A stretch of 32,000 nt of DNA from Candidatus Saccharimonadota bacterium (GTDB lineage Bacteria > Patescibacteriota > Saccharimonadia > Saccharimonadales > UBA4665). The notes under the pieces are model-generated. The model was not told the origin of the DNA, ran no database searches, and saw nothing but the letters and a program-made list of their open reading frames with translations. The DNA lies in the NCBI GenBank assembly GCA_002952755.1, contig CP025011.1, forward strand, positions 60,001 to 92,000, written 5' to 3'. Positions 23,200-31,955 of the stretch are shown in pieces (position 1 is the first letter of the stretch; the number at the start of each line of letters is the position of its first letter). The position numbers were made by a program, and so were the translations under genes.

Positions 23200-24351
23200 C
23201 TATTCCGTGCCTGCGGTAAAGATAGCAAGCAGTTCAGCTGCGAGTACATACTCAGGATCGCCTGGGCGGTAAAGCGATTGCTCGGCGGCTAGCAGTATTC
23301 GTAAGTGTCCTATCTCGTTTGGCGCAAAGCCCTCTGGCCTCCCTATGCCTTGTCTGCCGCCCTGACTTTGATCTACGGCGAATGCCATATGCCTTTTCGC
23401 AAGGCCAGCAAGTCGGGACAACTCAGCTGCAGTATTGCCTAAGAAAATTGCCAGCTCTGCAGTCATTGGACCGCGCTCAGCAACCCCAGCAAGCACGTCA
23501 GGAGTTGATTTAGGGTCAGGTTTGTAAGCGACGTAAGTGGCAAATGCTCGGGTATCGTCCATATCATGAACAGGAAATACTCGCGTACTTCCTGGAGCGT
23601 CATCGATAAATGTATCTTGAGCTTTCCGCCAATGATTAGCAACCTCGAGATAATATGGGTCGGCTCTCCCTTGTTCGGAGACTGGAGTGTGGTAGTCATC
23701 GATGACTGGTACTAGCGATCCATCGAATAGGCTGCGGTCTTTATCTTCTGTAAAACCAGCCTTAATAAGCGCGGCGCGGGATATTGGCAAGTTTGGTGCA
23801 ATCTTCAGTAGTCCGTCTTGGCCGCGGAACATAACGTAGCGTCCGCGCTCCGTTGGGGCAAATCGTCCAGCTTGACGAAGTGCTGCCAAAAATACGCCGT
23901 GTTGAACCAACTCGCGATTGTAATTTCTGTACTGTGGCGGAATATCGGCTTCAACCAGCTCTATTTCCTTTTCGGTCAATGGTTGAGCTGCCTCCCTACC
24001 GTATTGCCCATCAGTATAACGATCGATTAGCGGATTCAACCCTCTTGCATCTCTAAGGGGGCTATAGAGGGGCTCTTGCGATTCCAACTTTCCAGGCTTG
24101 CCATCCTCTGTTAAGTCGTGTTTTCCAAGGATGACCTGGCGACCTTGCATATCAGCTCTGAAGTAACCGTCAATGCTAAACCACGGGCCGTCAGGATCGT
24201 GCCAGCCTTCAGCTTCTGCTTTTGCTGTCAATGCGTCCTGGAAGCCAACAAATTGATTGTTGTTTTTGCCAAGTATATCAAAAACATCCCGCAATTCGGC
24301 AGGAATTATAGGAGCCAGAGGGACTTCATCCCAGCCAACCTCGAATGTCAT
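23200..24351 (-). CDS. Hypothetical protein (orphan)
   Basis: 383-aa ORF, the longest in its region. No recognisable motif. Confidence 0.55.
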   Translation of the reverse strand: MTFEVGWDEVPLAPIIPAELRDVFDILGKNNNQFVGFQDALTAKAEAEGWHDPDGPWFSIDGYFRADMQGRQVILGKHDLTEDGKPGKLESQEPLYSPLRDARGLNPLIDRYTDGQYGREAAQPLTEKEIELVEADIPPQYRNYNRELVQHGVFLAALRQAGRFAPTERGRYVMFRGQDGLLKIAPNLPISRAALIKAGFTEDKDRSLFDGSLVPVIDDYHTPVSEQGRADPYYLEVANHWRKAQDTFIDDAPGSTRVFPVHDMDDTRAFATYVAYKPDPKSTPDVLAGVAERGPMTAELAIFLGNTAAELSRLAGLAKRHMAFAVDQSQGGRQGIGRPEGFAPNEIGHLRILLAAEQSLYRPGDPEYVLAAELLAIFTAGTE

Positions 24352-24443
24352 ATCTTATAGTTTACTATATGATTGACAACAGGTCAATGTATGGACATTA
24401 ATATAATTATCTTAGTGTATCTAATAGGTATAAAGTCTACCTC

Positions 24444-24452
24444 TGTTATAAT
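24444..24452 (+). promoter_or_regulatory. Extended -10 TGTTATAAT, 8 nt upstream of the lepA ATG
   Basis: TGn + TATAAT, then AAACGACA, then ATG, with no SD. Confidence 0.5.
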
Positions 24453-24460
24453 AAACGACA

Positions 24461-26239
24461 ATGAACCAAGATCATATTCGTAACTTTTGCATTATCGCGC
24501 ATATCGACCATGGTAAGTCGACGTTGGCCGACCGGTTGTTAGAGGTGACGGGGACGGTTGAAAAGCGGCTTATGAAGGAGCAGTTGCTCGACCGTATGGA
24601 TCTGGAGCGTGAACGCGGTATCACTATCAAGTTGCAGCCGGTACGCATGGACTACCAAAAGTATCAGCTAAATTTGATTGATACACCGGGGCATGTCGAT
24701 TTTAGTTACGAAGTGTCCCGGAGCCTTGAGGCCTGCGAGGGCGCTATCCTGATTGTTGACGCTACCCAAGGTATGCAGGCGCAGACGTTAGCCAATGTGT
24801 ATTTGGCGATCGCTGCCGACCTCACCATTATCCCCGTGCTGAACAAAATTGATCTGCCGGCCGCAGATGTCGAGCGTGTGGGCGCCGAGATTGTTAGCTT
24901 GTTGGGTTGTAAGTTCGAAGACATCTTGCAGATTTCCGCTAAGACGGGCAAGGGCGTGGAAGCGGTACTGGAACGGGTGATCAGCGACGTTCCTGCGCCA
25001 AGCGGCGACACCTCTGCCCCTACCCGCGCACTCATTTTTGATAGTTACTATGATGAGTACCGGGGTGTCATTCTCTATGTCCGGACGGTAGACGGCCGCA
25101 TTGGCAAGGGTGACCAGATTCAGATGATGGCTAATAGTAGCCAAGGCCTGGCCCTGGAGGTTGGGGCGCTCAAGCCGGACATGTCGGCACTGAGCGGTAT
25201 CGAGACGGGCGAAATTGGCTATATCGTGACGAACCTGAAGTCTACGCGCGAAGCCCGGGTGGGCGATACGGTAACTTTGGCTAAGAATCCAGCTGTGGAC
25301 GCTTTACCAGGCTATATGGACGTACACCCCTTCGTCTATGCTGGTTTTTTCCCCGAAAGTAACGAGCACTACCAGGACCTCAAGGATGCTATCGAAAAGC
25401 TGAGCCTGAGCGATTCAGCCTTGCAATACGATCTGGAGAACTCCCCCGTGCTAGGTTTTGGTATCCGGGTCGGCTTTTTGGGCCTCCTGCACATGGACAT
25501 AGTGCGTGAGCGGTTGGAGCGCGAGTATAATCTTGACCTGGTTGTCACTAACCCATCCACCGATTACCAAGTGACCCTGGTAACTGGTGAGGAGATTGAT
25601 ATTAAGAGTGCTGCAGATCTGCCCGACGTGGCGCGCATCCAGGAAATCCGCGAGCCCTGGATTAAGGGTGAGATCGTTGCCCCTAATGGATATGTCGGCT
25701 CGCTGATCCAACTCATTAATAGCAAGCGCGGCTTACATAAAAACCTCAGCTATATCGACGAGCGCGCGTTGATTAGCTTTGAGGCTCCGCTAGCCAATCT
25801 GTTAACCGATTTTTATGACCAGCTGAAGAGTATCACTAGCGGCTATGGTTCATTCAACTATGAGCTGGCCGACTACCGTGCCGAAGATCTAGTGAAGCTC
25901 GATTTTTATGTTGCAGGCGAAAAAATGGACTCCCTGAGCATTATGGTGCACCGCACTGAGTCGGAGCGCTTGGGACGTGAGATTGTCGAAAAGCTAAAGG
26001 AAGTAATCCCACGCCATCAGTTCGCCGTAAGCTTGCAGGCCGCAATCGGCGCCCGGTTTATTGCCCGTGAGGATATCAGCGCGTACCGCAAAGATGTGAC
26101 TACTGGTTTGTACGGCGGGGATGTGTCGCGCAAAAAGAAGGTACTTGCCAAACAAGCCAAAGGTAAAAAACGATTGAAGAAGTTCGGAAAAGTCGAAATT
26201 CCCGCTGAAGCCTTTACGGTCATGCTCAAACGGGACTAG
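24461..26239 (+). CDS. lepA: Translation elongation factor 4 (LepA)
   Basis: IRNFCIIAHIDHGKSTLADRLL, DTPGHVDF and NKIDL GTPase motifs. C-terminal LepA-specific region ending KKRLKKFGKVEIP. Confidence 0.95.
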   Translation: MNQDHIRNFCIIAHIDHGKSTLADRLLEVTGTVEKRLMKEQLLDRMDLERERGITIKLQPVRMDYQKYQLNLIDTPGHVDFSYEVSRSLEACEGAILIVDATQGMQAQTLANVYLAIAADLTIIPVLNKIDLPAADVERVGAEIVSLLGCKFEDILQISAKTGKGVEAVLERVISDVPAPSGDTSAPTRALIFDSYYDEYRGVILYVRTVDGRIGKGDQIQMMANSSQGLALEVGALKPDMSALSGIETGEIGYIVTNLKSTREARVGDTVTLAKNPAVDALPGYMDVHPFVYAGFFPESNEHYQDLKDAIEKLSLSDSALQYDLENSPVLGFGIRVGFLGLLHMDIVRERLEREYNLDLVVTNPSTDYQVTLVTGEEIDIKSAADLPDVARIQEIREPWIKGEIVAPNGYVGSLIQLINSKRGLHKNLSYIDERALISFEAPLANLLTDFYDQLKSITSGYGSFNYELADYRAEDLVKLDFYVAGEKMDSLSIMVHRTESERLGREIVEKLKEVIPRHQFAVSLQAAIGARFIAREDISAYRKDVTTGLYGGDVSRKKKVLAKQAKGKKRLKKFGKVEIPAEAFTVMLKRD

Positions 26240-26351
26240 TTTTTAACTCCCTATTTCTAAAAAATACAACGCCAAACAGATTAAACGCCCTATTGCCAGT
26301 TAGGGGTAATTATCCTTACACTGCAGCTCGTACATAGTCTACCTTCGCTTT

Positions 26352-26399
26352 CTTTGAAGGCCGGCAGCGTTTATCGTTCTTCGTTGTCGGCCTTCAAAG
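26352..26399. repeat. 12-bp perfect inverted repeat (possible lepA 3' hairpin)
   Basis: CTTTGAAGGCCG (26352-26363) and CGGCCTTCAAAG (26388-26399) with a 24-nt loop and no U-tract. Confidence 0.5.
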
Positions 26400-26491
26400 G
26401 AAGTCAAGTACGCGTTAATATCTCGCGCCTATGCGCAGGTACCCGATTTTTACGCGTAAACATGCCACTATGCAAGGCATCTGCAGTTTTG

Positions 26492-26497
26492 TATAGT
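26492..26497 (+). promoter_or_regulatory. -10-like TATAGT, 7 nt upstream of the ATG at 26505
   Basis: TGTATAGT, then TGAGCGC, then ATG, with no SD. Confidence 0.4.
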
Positions 26498-26504
26498 TGA
26501 GCGC

Positions 26505-27269
26505 ATGATAACGCCTGAACCACCAGCTCCTGCGGCTGCTCCCCATTTGCAAAATCCCGCAGCCTTTAGGCAAGCGCTCGAACAGTATCGGATGAATCCA
26601 GAAGCGCAAGCCGTACTCGACCAAACCAGATTGGTGCTGCTTACCGGACCTAGCTCCTCCGGGCGTAATACGATTATTAATCGGCTACTGCAACTACAAA
26701 AAGATGACTATTACTTCGTTGTTTCCGACACCACCCGGCCGCCGCGTATCAACGACGGCGCTCTGGAGCAGAATGGCGTGGCCTATTGGTTCCGCTCAGA
26801 AGTTGACATGCTAGCCGACATCAAAAACGGTGATTTTTTAGAAGCAGAGCTGATCCATGGCCAGCAAGTATCCGGCATCAGCATCCGTGAACTGCAGAAG
26901 GCGCACGACATGCAACGTATTGCGATTGCTGATGTTGATCTTGGCGGTGTGGAGAGCATCATCGGAGTCAAGCCGGACACAATTATTATTATGGTTTTAC
27001 CGCCCGACTTTGACACCTGGCAAGCGCGCCTCCGTGGCCGCGGCACATTACTACCTGAAGAACATCGCAGACGTCTGGAGACGGCGGCCAAGATTTTTGC
27101 CGCCCCTAAAGAGCGTGATTATTTCAAGATTGTTGTCAACGACAACCTTGAACATGCCGTGGAGCAAGTTGATCAGCTCGCCCATGGCCAAGATCTCGAC
27201 CCCAACCAACAACAGGTTGCGAAAAGGGTTGCAGAGCAGCTGCTAAGCGGCACTCGCGCGGTTCTCTAG
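26505..27269 (+). CDS. Guanylate-kinase-family protein with an atypical P-loop
   Basis: LLTGPSSSGRNT (P-loop with Arg in place of Lys), VVSDTTRPPR and YWFRS match Gmk motifs. It carries a ~45-aa N-terminal extension. Confidence 0.65.
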   Translation: MITPEPPAPAAAPHLQNPAAFRQALEQYRMNPEAQAVLDQTRLVLLTGPSSSGRNTIINRLLQLQKDDYYFVVSDTTRPPRINDGALEQNGVAYWFRSEVDMLADIKNGDFLEAELIHGQQVSGISIRELQKAHDMQRIAIADVDLGGVESIIGVKPDTIIIMVLPPDFDTWQARLRGRGTLLPEEHRRRLETAAKIFAAPKERDYFKIVVNDNLEHAVEQVDQLAHGQDLDPNQQQVAKRVAEQLLSGTRAVL

Positions 27270-27296
27270 CCCTCCCGTGCCCGCTGTTCTTCCATG

Positions 27297-27323
27297 CTAG
27301 CACTCTTGACGTTTGAGTGCTAA
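27297..27323. promoter_or_regulatory. CIRCE operator (HrcA binding site) upstream of hrcA
   Basis: CTAGCACTC-N9-GAGTGCTAA versus the consensus TTAGCACTC-N9-GAGTGCTAA. Confidence 0.85.
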
Positions 27324-27334
27324 GATTTTATGAT
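27306..27334 (+). promoter_or_regulatory. hrcA promoter: -35 TTGACG, 17-nt spacer, -10 TATGAT
   Basis: The -35 sits in the CIRCE spacer. The -10 (27329-27334) lies 9 nt upstream of the ATG at 27344. Confidence 0.55.
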
Positions 27335-27343
27335 GGGAGCAGT

Positions 27344-28048
27344 ATGACAACCAGACAAGAGCAGATTTTGCGTTCTATTGTGGAGCAGTATGCTGAAGTG
27401 GCCAGCCCGGTTGGCTCAAGCCTGCTCGCCAAGGTATTCGGGGTGAGCAGTGCCACTATTCGCGCCGAGATGGCCGAACTGGAGCGCCTGGGCTACATTC
27501 AGCAGCCGCACACCAGTGCGGGGCGGGTACCGACCGATAAAGGCTACCGCTTGTACGTGAACAGCCTGGCCGAAGAAAAAGAAGCGCAGCCCGAGCGCCG
27601 TGGAGAGCGCGCCTTGACTGCTCGCGTACAAGATGCCGGTATGCCGGAGCGGACCATTCGTAATGCAGTGGACACCCTAGTAGAACTCACCCATAACTTA
27701 GGTATTGCCACCATCGGCAATCAGCTGTATATGAGCGGTTTGTCTAATCTGTTCGGCCAGCCGGAATTTATGCAGGCGGGACAGGTGCAGCAGGTGGCCG
27801 TGCTACTCGATAATCTTGAGCCGTGGTTGCGCGAAGCAGCGCCGAATCAACCCCTAAGCGTCTATATCGGCAAAGAGAATCCGGTGGGGAGGAGTGCTGG
27901 CTGCAGCCTGATTATCAGCCGTTTTCATAGCCCATACTCAGATCGTAGTTACATCGGCGTATTGGGTCCCACACGTCAAAACTACCGCGAGGTGATGAAT
28001 CTCGTCGGCCGCGCAGGTAAAACATTAGAGGAAGTATTATATGAGTAA
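27344..28048 (+). CDS. hrcA: Heat-inducible transcription repressor HrcA (short form, 234 aa)
   Basis: N-terminal wHTH ILRSIVEQYAEVASPVGSSLLA...SSATIRAEMAELERLGYIQQPHTSAGRVPTDKGYRLYV. CIRCE lies upstream and the stop overlaps the grpE start. Confidence 0.8.
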   Translation: MTTRQEQILRSIVEQYAEVASPVGSSLLAKVFGVSSATIRAEMAELERLGYIQQPHTSAGRVPTDKGYRLYVNSLAEEKEAQPERRGERALTARVQDAGMPERTIRNAVDTLVELTHNLGIATIGNQLYMSGLSNLFGQPEFMQAGQVQQVAVLLDNLEPWLREAAPNQPLSVYIGKENPVGRSAGCSLIISRFHSPYSDRSYIGVLGPTRQNYREVMNLVGRAGKTLEEVLYE

Positions 28049-28520
28049 ACAGCCAAAAGATGACCAATCCCAAGTAGATGTAGCTACCCTGCAACAGCAG
28101 ATGGACGACTTAACCGAGGCCCTGCAGCGCGAGCGGGCCGATGCCGTGAATCTGCGCCGCCGCTATGACGAGCAGTTGGCTGCCCTGCGGGTGACTGCCA
28201 AGGCGGCTGTACTTCGTGACCTGCTGCCAGTTATTGATAATTTTGAGCGTTCGCTCAAGCATGTTCCTAAAGACTTACAGGAAAACGACTTCGTCAAAGG
28301 TGTTACCGGTGTCGTTAAACAGTTCGAGAAAGTGCTGGCCGACCTGGGTGTACAGAAGATCAAGACCGTCGGCGAGTTGTTTAATCCACACTTCCACGAA
28401 GCCGTCAGCATGGAAGAGGGCGACGGTGAGCAAGAAGTGGTCAGCGAAGAGCTGCAGTCCGGCTACCAAATGGGCAACGAGGTGCTGCGCCACGCCATGG
28501 TCCGCGTTCGCCCGGAGTAG
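28041..28520 (+). CDS. grpE: Nucleotide exchange factor GrpE
   Basis: Coiled-coil N-terminus (LQRERADAVNLRRR), DLLPVIDNFERSL and FNPHFHEAV motifs. Confidence 0.85.
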   Translation: MSKQPKDDQSQVDVATLQQQMDDLTEALQRERADAVNLRRRYDEQLAALRVTAKAAVLRDLLPVIDNFERSLKHVPKDLQENDFVKGVTGVVKQFEKVLADLGVQKIKTVGELFNPHFHEAVSMEEGDGEQEVVSEELQSGYQMGNEVLRHAMVRVRPE

Positions 28521-28664
28521 CGATGGCCGAAAAAATGCCTGGCTTGGATCAAAACGATCCCCTCACTAGAATGATGCGATCCATTGGTAACTTTCTGCTG
28601 CGGCTATTTTAGCGCAGCGCTACCTGGAAAAAGCGGCCAGGGCAGTGTGTACATACGAACCTCA

Positions 28665-28673
28665 TGCTATAAT
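28665..28673 (+). promoter_or_regulatory. Extended -10 TGCTATAAT for the inserted cassette
   Basis: Consensus extended -10 about 70 nt upstream of the ATG at 28743. The 9-bp inverted repeat CGCCTCTCG/CGAGAGGCG (28676-28684 / 28710-28718) follows it. Confidence 0.5.
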
Positions 28674-28742
28674 CGCGCCTCTCGTTTGATATCACCCATT
28701 AAATCGTTGCGAGAGGCGATTCGAGGTGCTAGCATAAGAATT

Positions 28743-29138
28743 ATGGGTAAGTACATTTCCTACAAGGCTGCTGTTGAGGCCCTGAGAAGTTTATTTGAAG
28801 ATTCGGCTATAACTGTGCGTACCGTTGATGAAATATTTGAGGTGACAGGACGTAGCTTAAACTCTTCTGAGCAGAACAGAAAATGGCTTACAAATCGCCT
28901 GACCGACCTTAAGCACTACGATCTCGTAAAACCTCTCTACACTGAGGGCACGCCGAAAATACTTGCGCAGGTTCAGCTTACGCAAGAAGGAAGACATGCG
29001 TTGGAAACAAGTAGTAGCAATGAGCTTGGCAGGAACGTAAGTCTTGAATCAATTGCTCGTGATATAAAAGAGTTTGAAAAACAGAATCCGAGCATATGCA
29101 TAGACTTCAGCGTGAGCGTCAAGAGAGACCAGGGCTGA
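28743..29138 (+). CDS. 131-aa winged-helix-like protein (tentative)
   Basis: The ORF opens at 28584, but the ATG at 28743 lies downstream of the promoter. LTNRLTDLKHYDLVKPLY...AQVQLTQEGRHAL resembles a MarR/PadR-type wing. The stop is 2 nt before the NYN gene start. Confidence 0.5.
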   Translation: MGKYISYKAAVEALRSLFEDSAITVRTVDEIFEVTGRSLNSSEQNRKWLTNRLTDLKHYDLVKPLYTEGTPKILAQVQLTQEGRHALETSSSNELGRNVSLESIARDIKEFEKQNPSICIDFSVSVKRDQG

Positions 29139-29140
29139 AC

Positions 29141-29662
29141 ATGCCTAAACCAAGAAATTTTGCTTTTATTGATAGTCAGAATCTACACTTGGGCGTTCGT
29201 TCATCTGGTTGGCAGATCGACTACAAGAAGTTCCGTCTATACTTAAAAAACAAGTATGGCGTCGGACAGGCCTTTATGTTCATCGGCATGGTTACCAATA
29301 ATCAAACGTTATATACGCAATTGCGGGCTGCGGGCTTTACGTTGGTTTTTAAGCCGACTGTTCGATACTTTGAAAATGATAAAGAAACAGTTAAGGGGAA
29401 TGTTGACGCCGAACTTGTATTACATGCGGCAGCTATTGAGTTTCCCAACTACGATAAGGCTATAATTGTTAGTGGTGATGGAGATTTTGCGTGCCTTTTA
29501 GAGTTTCTCGAAGAGAAAAATAAGCTCATGCACGTCGTGACGCCGAATCATAAATATTCGAAATTACTTAAGCCCTTCTCTCGATACATCATCCATATGA
29601 ACTTACTTAGGAAGTCTATAGAGTATCAAAAGACCGGCATCGGCGGTCGGTCGAAACCTTAG
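29141..29662 (+). CDS. NYN-domain (LabA-like, PIN-related) ribonuclease
   Basis: FAFIDSQNL, GNVDAELV and IIVSGDGDFACLL supply the conserved acidic residues of the NYN fold in the canonical order. Confidence 0.75.
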   Translation: MPKPRNFAFIDSQNLHLGVRSSGWQIDYKKFRLYLKNKYGVGQAFMFIGMVTNNQTLYTQLRAAGFTLVFKPTVRYFENDKETVKGNVDAELVLHAAAIEFPNYDKAIIVSGDGDFACLLEFLEEKNKLMHVVTPNHKYSKLLKPFSRYIIHMNLLRKSIEYQKTGIGGRSKP

Positions 29663-29853
29663 GCCTATCCGGTCATGGTGATAACTGTATAGTACCAAAA
29701 TACAGAGACAGTTGTCAATTATAGCCTTATATTTCATAGCCCAGGATTTACGTGTGAAGATTAGCACTCTTGGGGGTAATGAGACACCCCTCTCAGGGTT
29801 TCTCATCGCGCGGGGCTTGGGCAAAGCCCAAAGCGCAGACTGCTCTTCCCGGG

Positions 29854-29880
29854 CTAGCACTCTTGACAGGAGAGTGCTAG
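29854..29880. promoter_or_regulatory. CIRCE operator upstream of dnaK (perfect 9-bp inverted repeat)
   Basis: CTAGCACTC-TTGACAGGA-GAGTGCTAG. Confidence 0.9.
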
Positions 29881-29887
29881 TTTTTTA

Positions 29888-29896
29888 TGCTAGAAT
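29888..29896 (+). promoter_or_regulatory. dnaK extended -10 TGCTAGAAT
   Basis: Lies between the two CIRCE copies. A leader of about 90 nt ends with AAGGAG (29977-29982), 8 nt upstream of the ATG. Confidence 0.5.
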
Positions 29897-29900
29897 GGTA

Positions 29901-29927
29901 TTAGCACTCAATAGTATTTGCTGCTAA
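29901..29927. promoter_or_regulatory. Second, degenerate CIRCE in the dnaK leader
   Basis: TTAGCACTC-N9-TGCTGCTAA. The left half is perfect and the right half matches 6/9. Confidence 0.5.
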
Positions 29928-29990
29928 TCGACGGAGCTGGAATGCTCCCTCAACTTCACTTAAAAACGTTATACAAAAGGAGATACTTTA

Positions 29991-31895
29991 ATGGGAAAGA
30001 TTATAGGCATCGACCTCGGCACTACCAACTCGGCTATGGCCGTTATGCAGTCTGGTAAGCCGGAAATCATTACTAACAGCGAAGGCAATCGCACGACCCC
30101 GTCGGTTGTTGCTGTGAACAAAAACGACGAACGGCTGGTCGGGCAGGTGGCTCGCCGTCAGCAGGTAACAAACGCTAAGAAAACCGTGTATGAGGTAAAG
30201 CGTCTCATTGGCCGTCGCTGGGAAGACAAAGAAGTCCAAAAAGATCTCAAGCTCATGGGCTACGAGATGGTCAAGAGCGGCAGTGGCGTTAAGGTAAAAA
30301 TGGGCGACAAAGAGTACAGTCCAGAAGAAATTAGCGCTATGATCCTCGGCAAGCTTAAGGCCGACGCCGAAAGTTTCCTGGGTGAGCCAGTGACCGAAGC
30401 GGTGATCACTGTCCCTGCTTACTTCGATGACAGCCAGCGCCAGGCCACAAAAGACGCCGGCAAAATTGCCGGTCTGGAAGTAAAACGCATCATCAACGAA
30501 CCAACGGCTGCCGCCTTAGCCTATGGCTTGGACAAGGACAGTAAGAAAGACGAAAAGATTGCTGTATACGACCTTGGTGGGGGTACCTTTGATGTTTCGA
30601 TTCTAGAACTTGGTGATGGCGTCTTCGAAGTCAAAAGCACGAATGGCGATACGCACCTTGGCGGTGCCGACTTTGACCGCACTATCGTTAACTACTTTGT
30701 GGACGAATTCAAGAAAGAGCATGGCATGGACATCAGCGACGACAAAGCCGCCATGCAGCGTTTGCGCGACGAAGCCGAAAAAGCAAAGATCGAGCTCTCG
30801 ACTGCCCAAGAAGTAGATGTCAATCTGCCCTTCCTCACTGCCGATGCCGATGGCCCTAAGCACTTCGAGCACAAGCTTACTCGTGCCAAGCTGGAGAGCC
30901 TGGTAGCCGACCTGGTGAGCAAAACTGCCGAACCATGCGAAAAAGCCCTCAAAGATGCTGGTCTCAAAGCGAGCGATATCGACGCAGTAGTCCTAGTGGG
31001 GGGCATGACCCGTATGCCAGCCGTTCAGGAAAAAGTGAAGAACATCTTTGGTAAAGACCCTATGAAGGGCGTGAACCCTGACGAAGTCGTCGCGGTTGGC
31101 GCTGCTATTCAGGGTGGCGTACTCCAGGGCGACGTCAAAGACATTTTGCTGCTCGATGTAACGCCGCTGTCGCTCGGTATCGAGACCATGGGCGGCGTGA
31201 TGACCAAGCTCATTGAGCGCAACACCACCATCCCGACCAGCAAATCCGAAGTATTCTCGACTGCTGCCGACAACCAGCCTCAGGTAGAGGTACACGTACT
31301 CCAGGGCGAGCGCGGTATGAGCAACGACAACAAGTCGCTCGGCCGCTTTACGCTCGATGGTATTCCTGCTGCCCCGCGCGGTGTGCCACAAATTGAAGTT
31401 ACTTTCAACATCGACGCTAACGGCATCCTCAACGTGACCGCTAAAGACAAGGGCACAGGTAAAGAGCAGAGCATTACTATCTCTGGCTCCGGTAACCTCG
31501 ACAAAGCTGACGTTGAAAAGATGGCCAAAGAGGCAGAGACGCATGCTGAAGAAGACAAACAGAAGCGCGAAGCTGTTGAAGCTCGCAATCTGCTCGAAAA
31601 CGCCGTATACCAGGGCGAAAAAATGAAGAGCGACTACAAAGAGAAGCTCAGCGAAGAAGATGTAAAGACACTTGACGAAGCCGTCGAAGAAGCCAAGAAA
31701 GTCGTAGCTGACGAAAAAGCAGACAAAGACGCTCTCGAAGCTGCAACCAAGGCCCTTAACGACAAGCTGATGCCAATTGGCGCCAAAATGTACGAAGCTG
31801 CCAAAGATGAACCAGGGGAAGAGGCTGGCGAAGGGGCAGCAGGCGACGACAAGAAAGACGACGCCGTAGAAGGCGAAGTCGTCGACGAGAAATAG
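29991..31895 (+). CDS. dnaK: Molecular chaperone DnaK (Hsp70)
   Basis: [27 protein letters not shown] and an acidic C-terminal tail; unmistakably Hsp70. Confidence 0.97.
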   Translation: MGKIIGIDLGTTNSAMAVMQSGKPEIITNSEGNRTTPSVVAVNKNDERLVGQVARRQQVTNAKKTVYEVKRLIGRRWEDKEVQKDLKLMGYEMVKSGSGVKVKMGDKEYSPEEISAMILGKLKADAESFLGEPVTEAVITVPAYFDDSQRQATKDAGKIAGLEVKRIINEPTAAALAYGLDKDSKKDEKIAVYDLGGGTFDVSILELGDGVFEVKSTNGDTHLGGADFDRTIVNYFVDEFKKEHGMDISDDKAAMQRLRDEAEKAKIELSTAQEVDVNLPFLTADADGPKHFEHKLTRAKLESLVADLVSKTAEPCEKALKDAGLKASDIDAVVLVGGMTRMPAVQEKVKNIFGKDPMKGVNPDEVVAVGAAIQGGVLQGDVKDILLLDVTPLSLGIETMGGVMTKLIERNTTIPTSKSEVFSTAADNQPQVEVHVLQGERGMSNDNKSLGRFTLDGIPAAPRGVPQIEVTFNIDANGILNVTAKDKGTGKEQSITISGSGNLDKADVEKMAKEAETHAEEDKQKREAVEARNLLENAVYQGEKMKSDYKEKLSEEDVKTLDEAVEEAKKVVADEKADKDALEAATKALNDKLMPIGAKMYEAAKDEPGEEAGEGAAGDDKKDDAVEGEVVDEK

Positions 31896-31907
31896 CTTCT
31901 ATGATCT

Positions 31908-31943
31908 GTCGCTTGGCTGGACAAACAGCCCCAGCCAAGCGAC
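31908..31943 (+). terminator. 13-bp perfect hairpin after dnaK
   Basis: GTCGCTTGGCTGG / CCAGCCAAGCGAC with a 10-nt loop. No clear U-tract follows. Confidence 0.45.
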
Positions 31944-31955
31944 AATAAGGACAAT

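Noticed and set aside
24352-24460. TTGAC-AACAG-GTCAA palindrome in the divergent region upstream of lepA
   Set aside because: A 5-bp inverted repeat in an AT-rich promoter region is too short to call as an operator without further copies.
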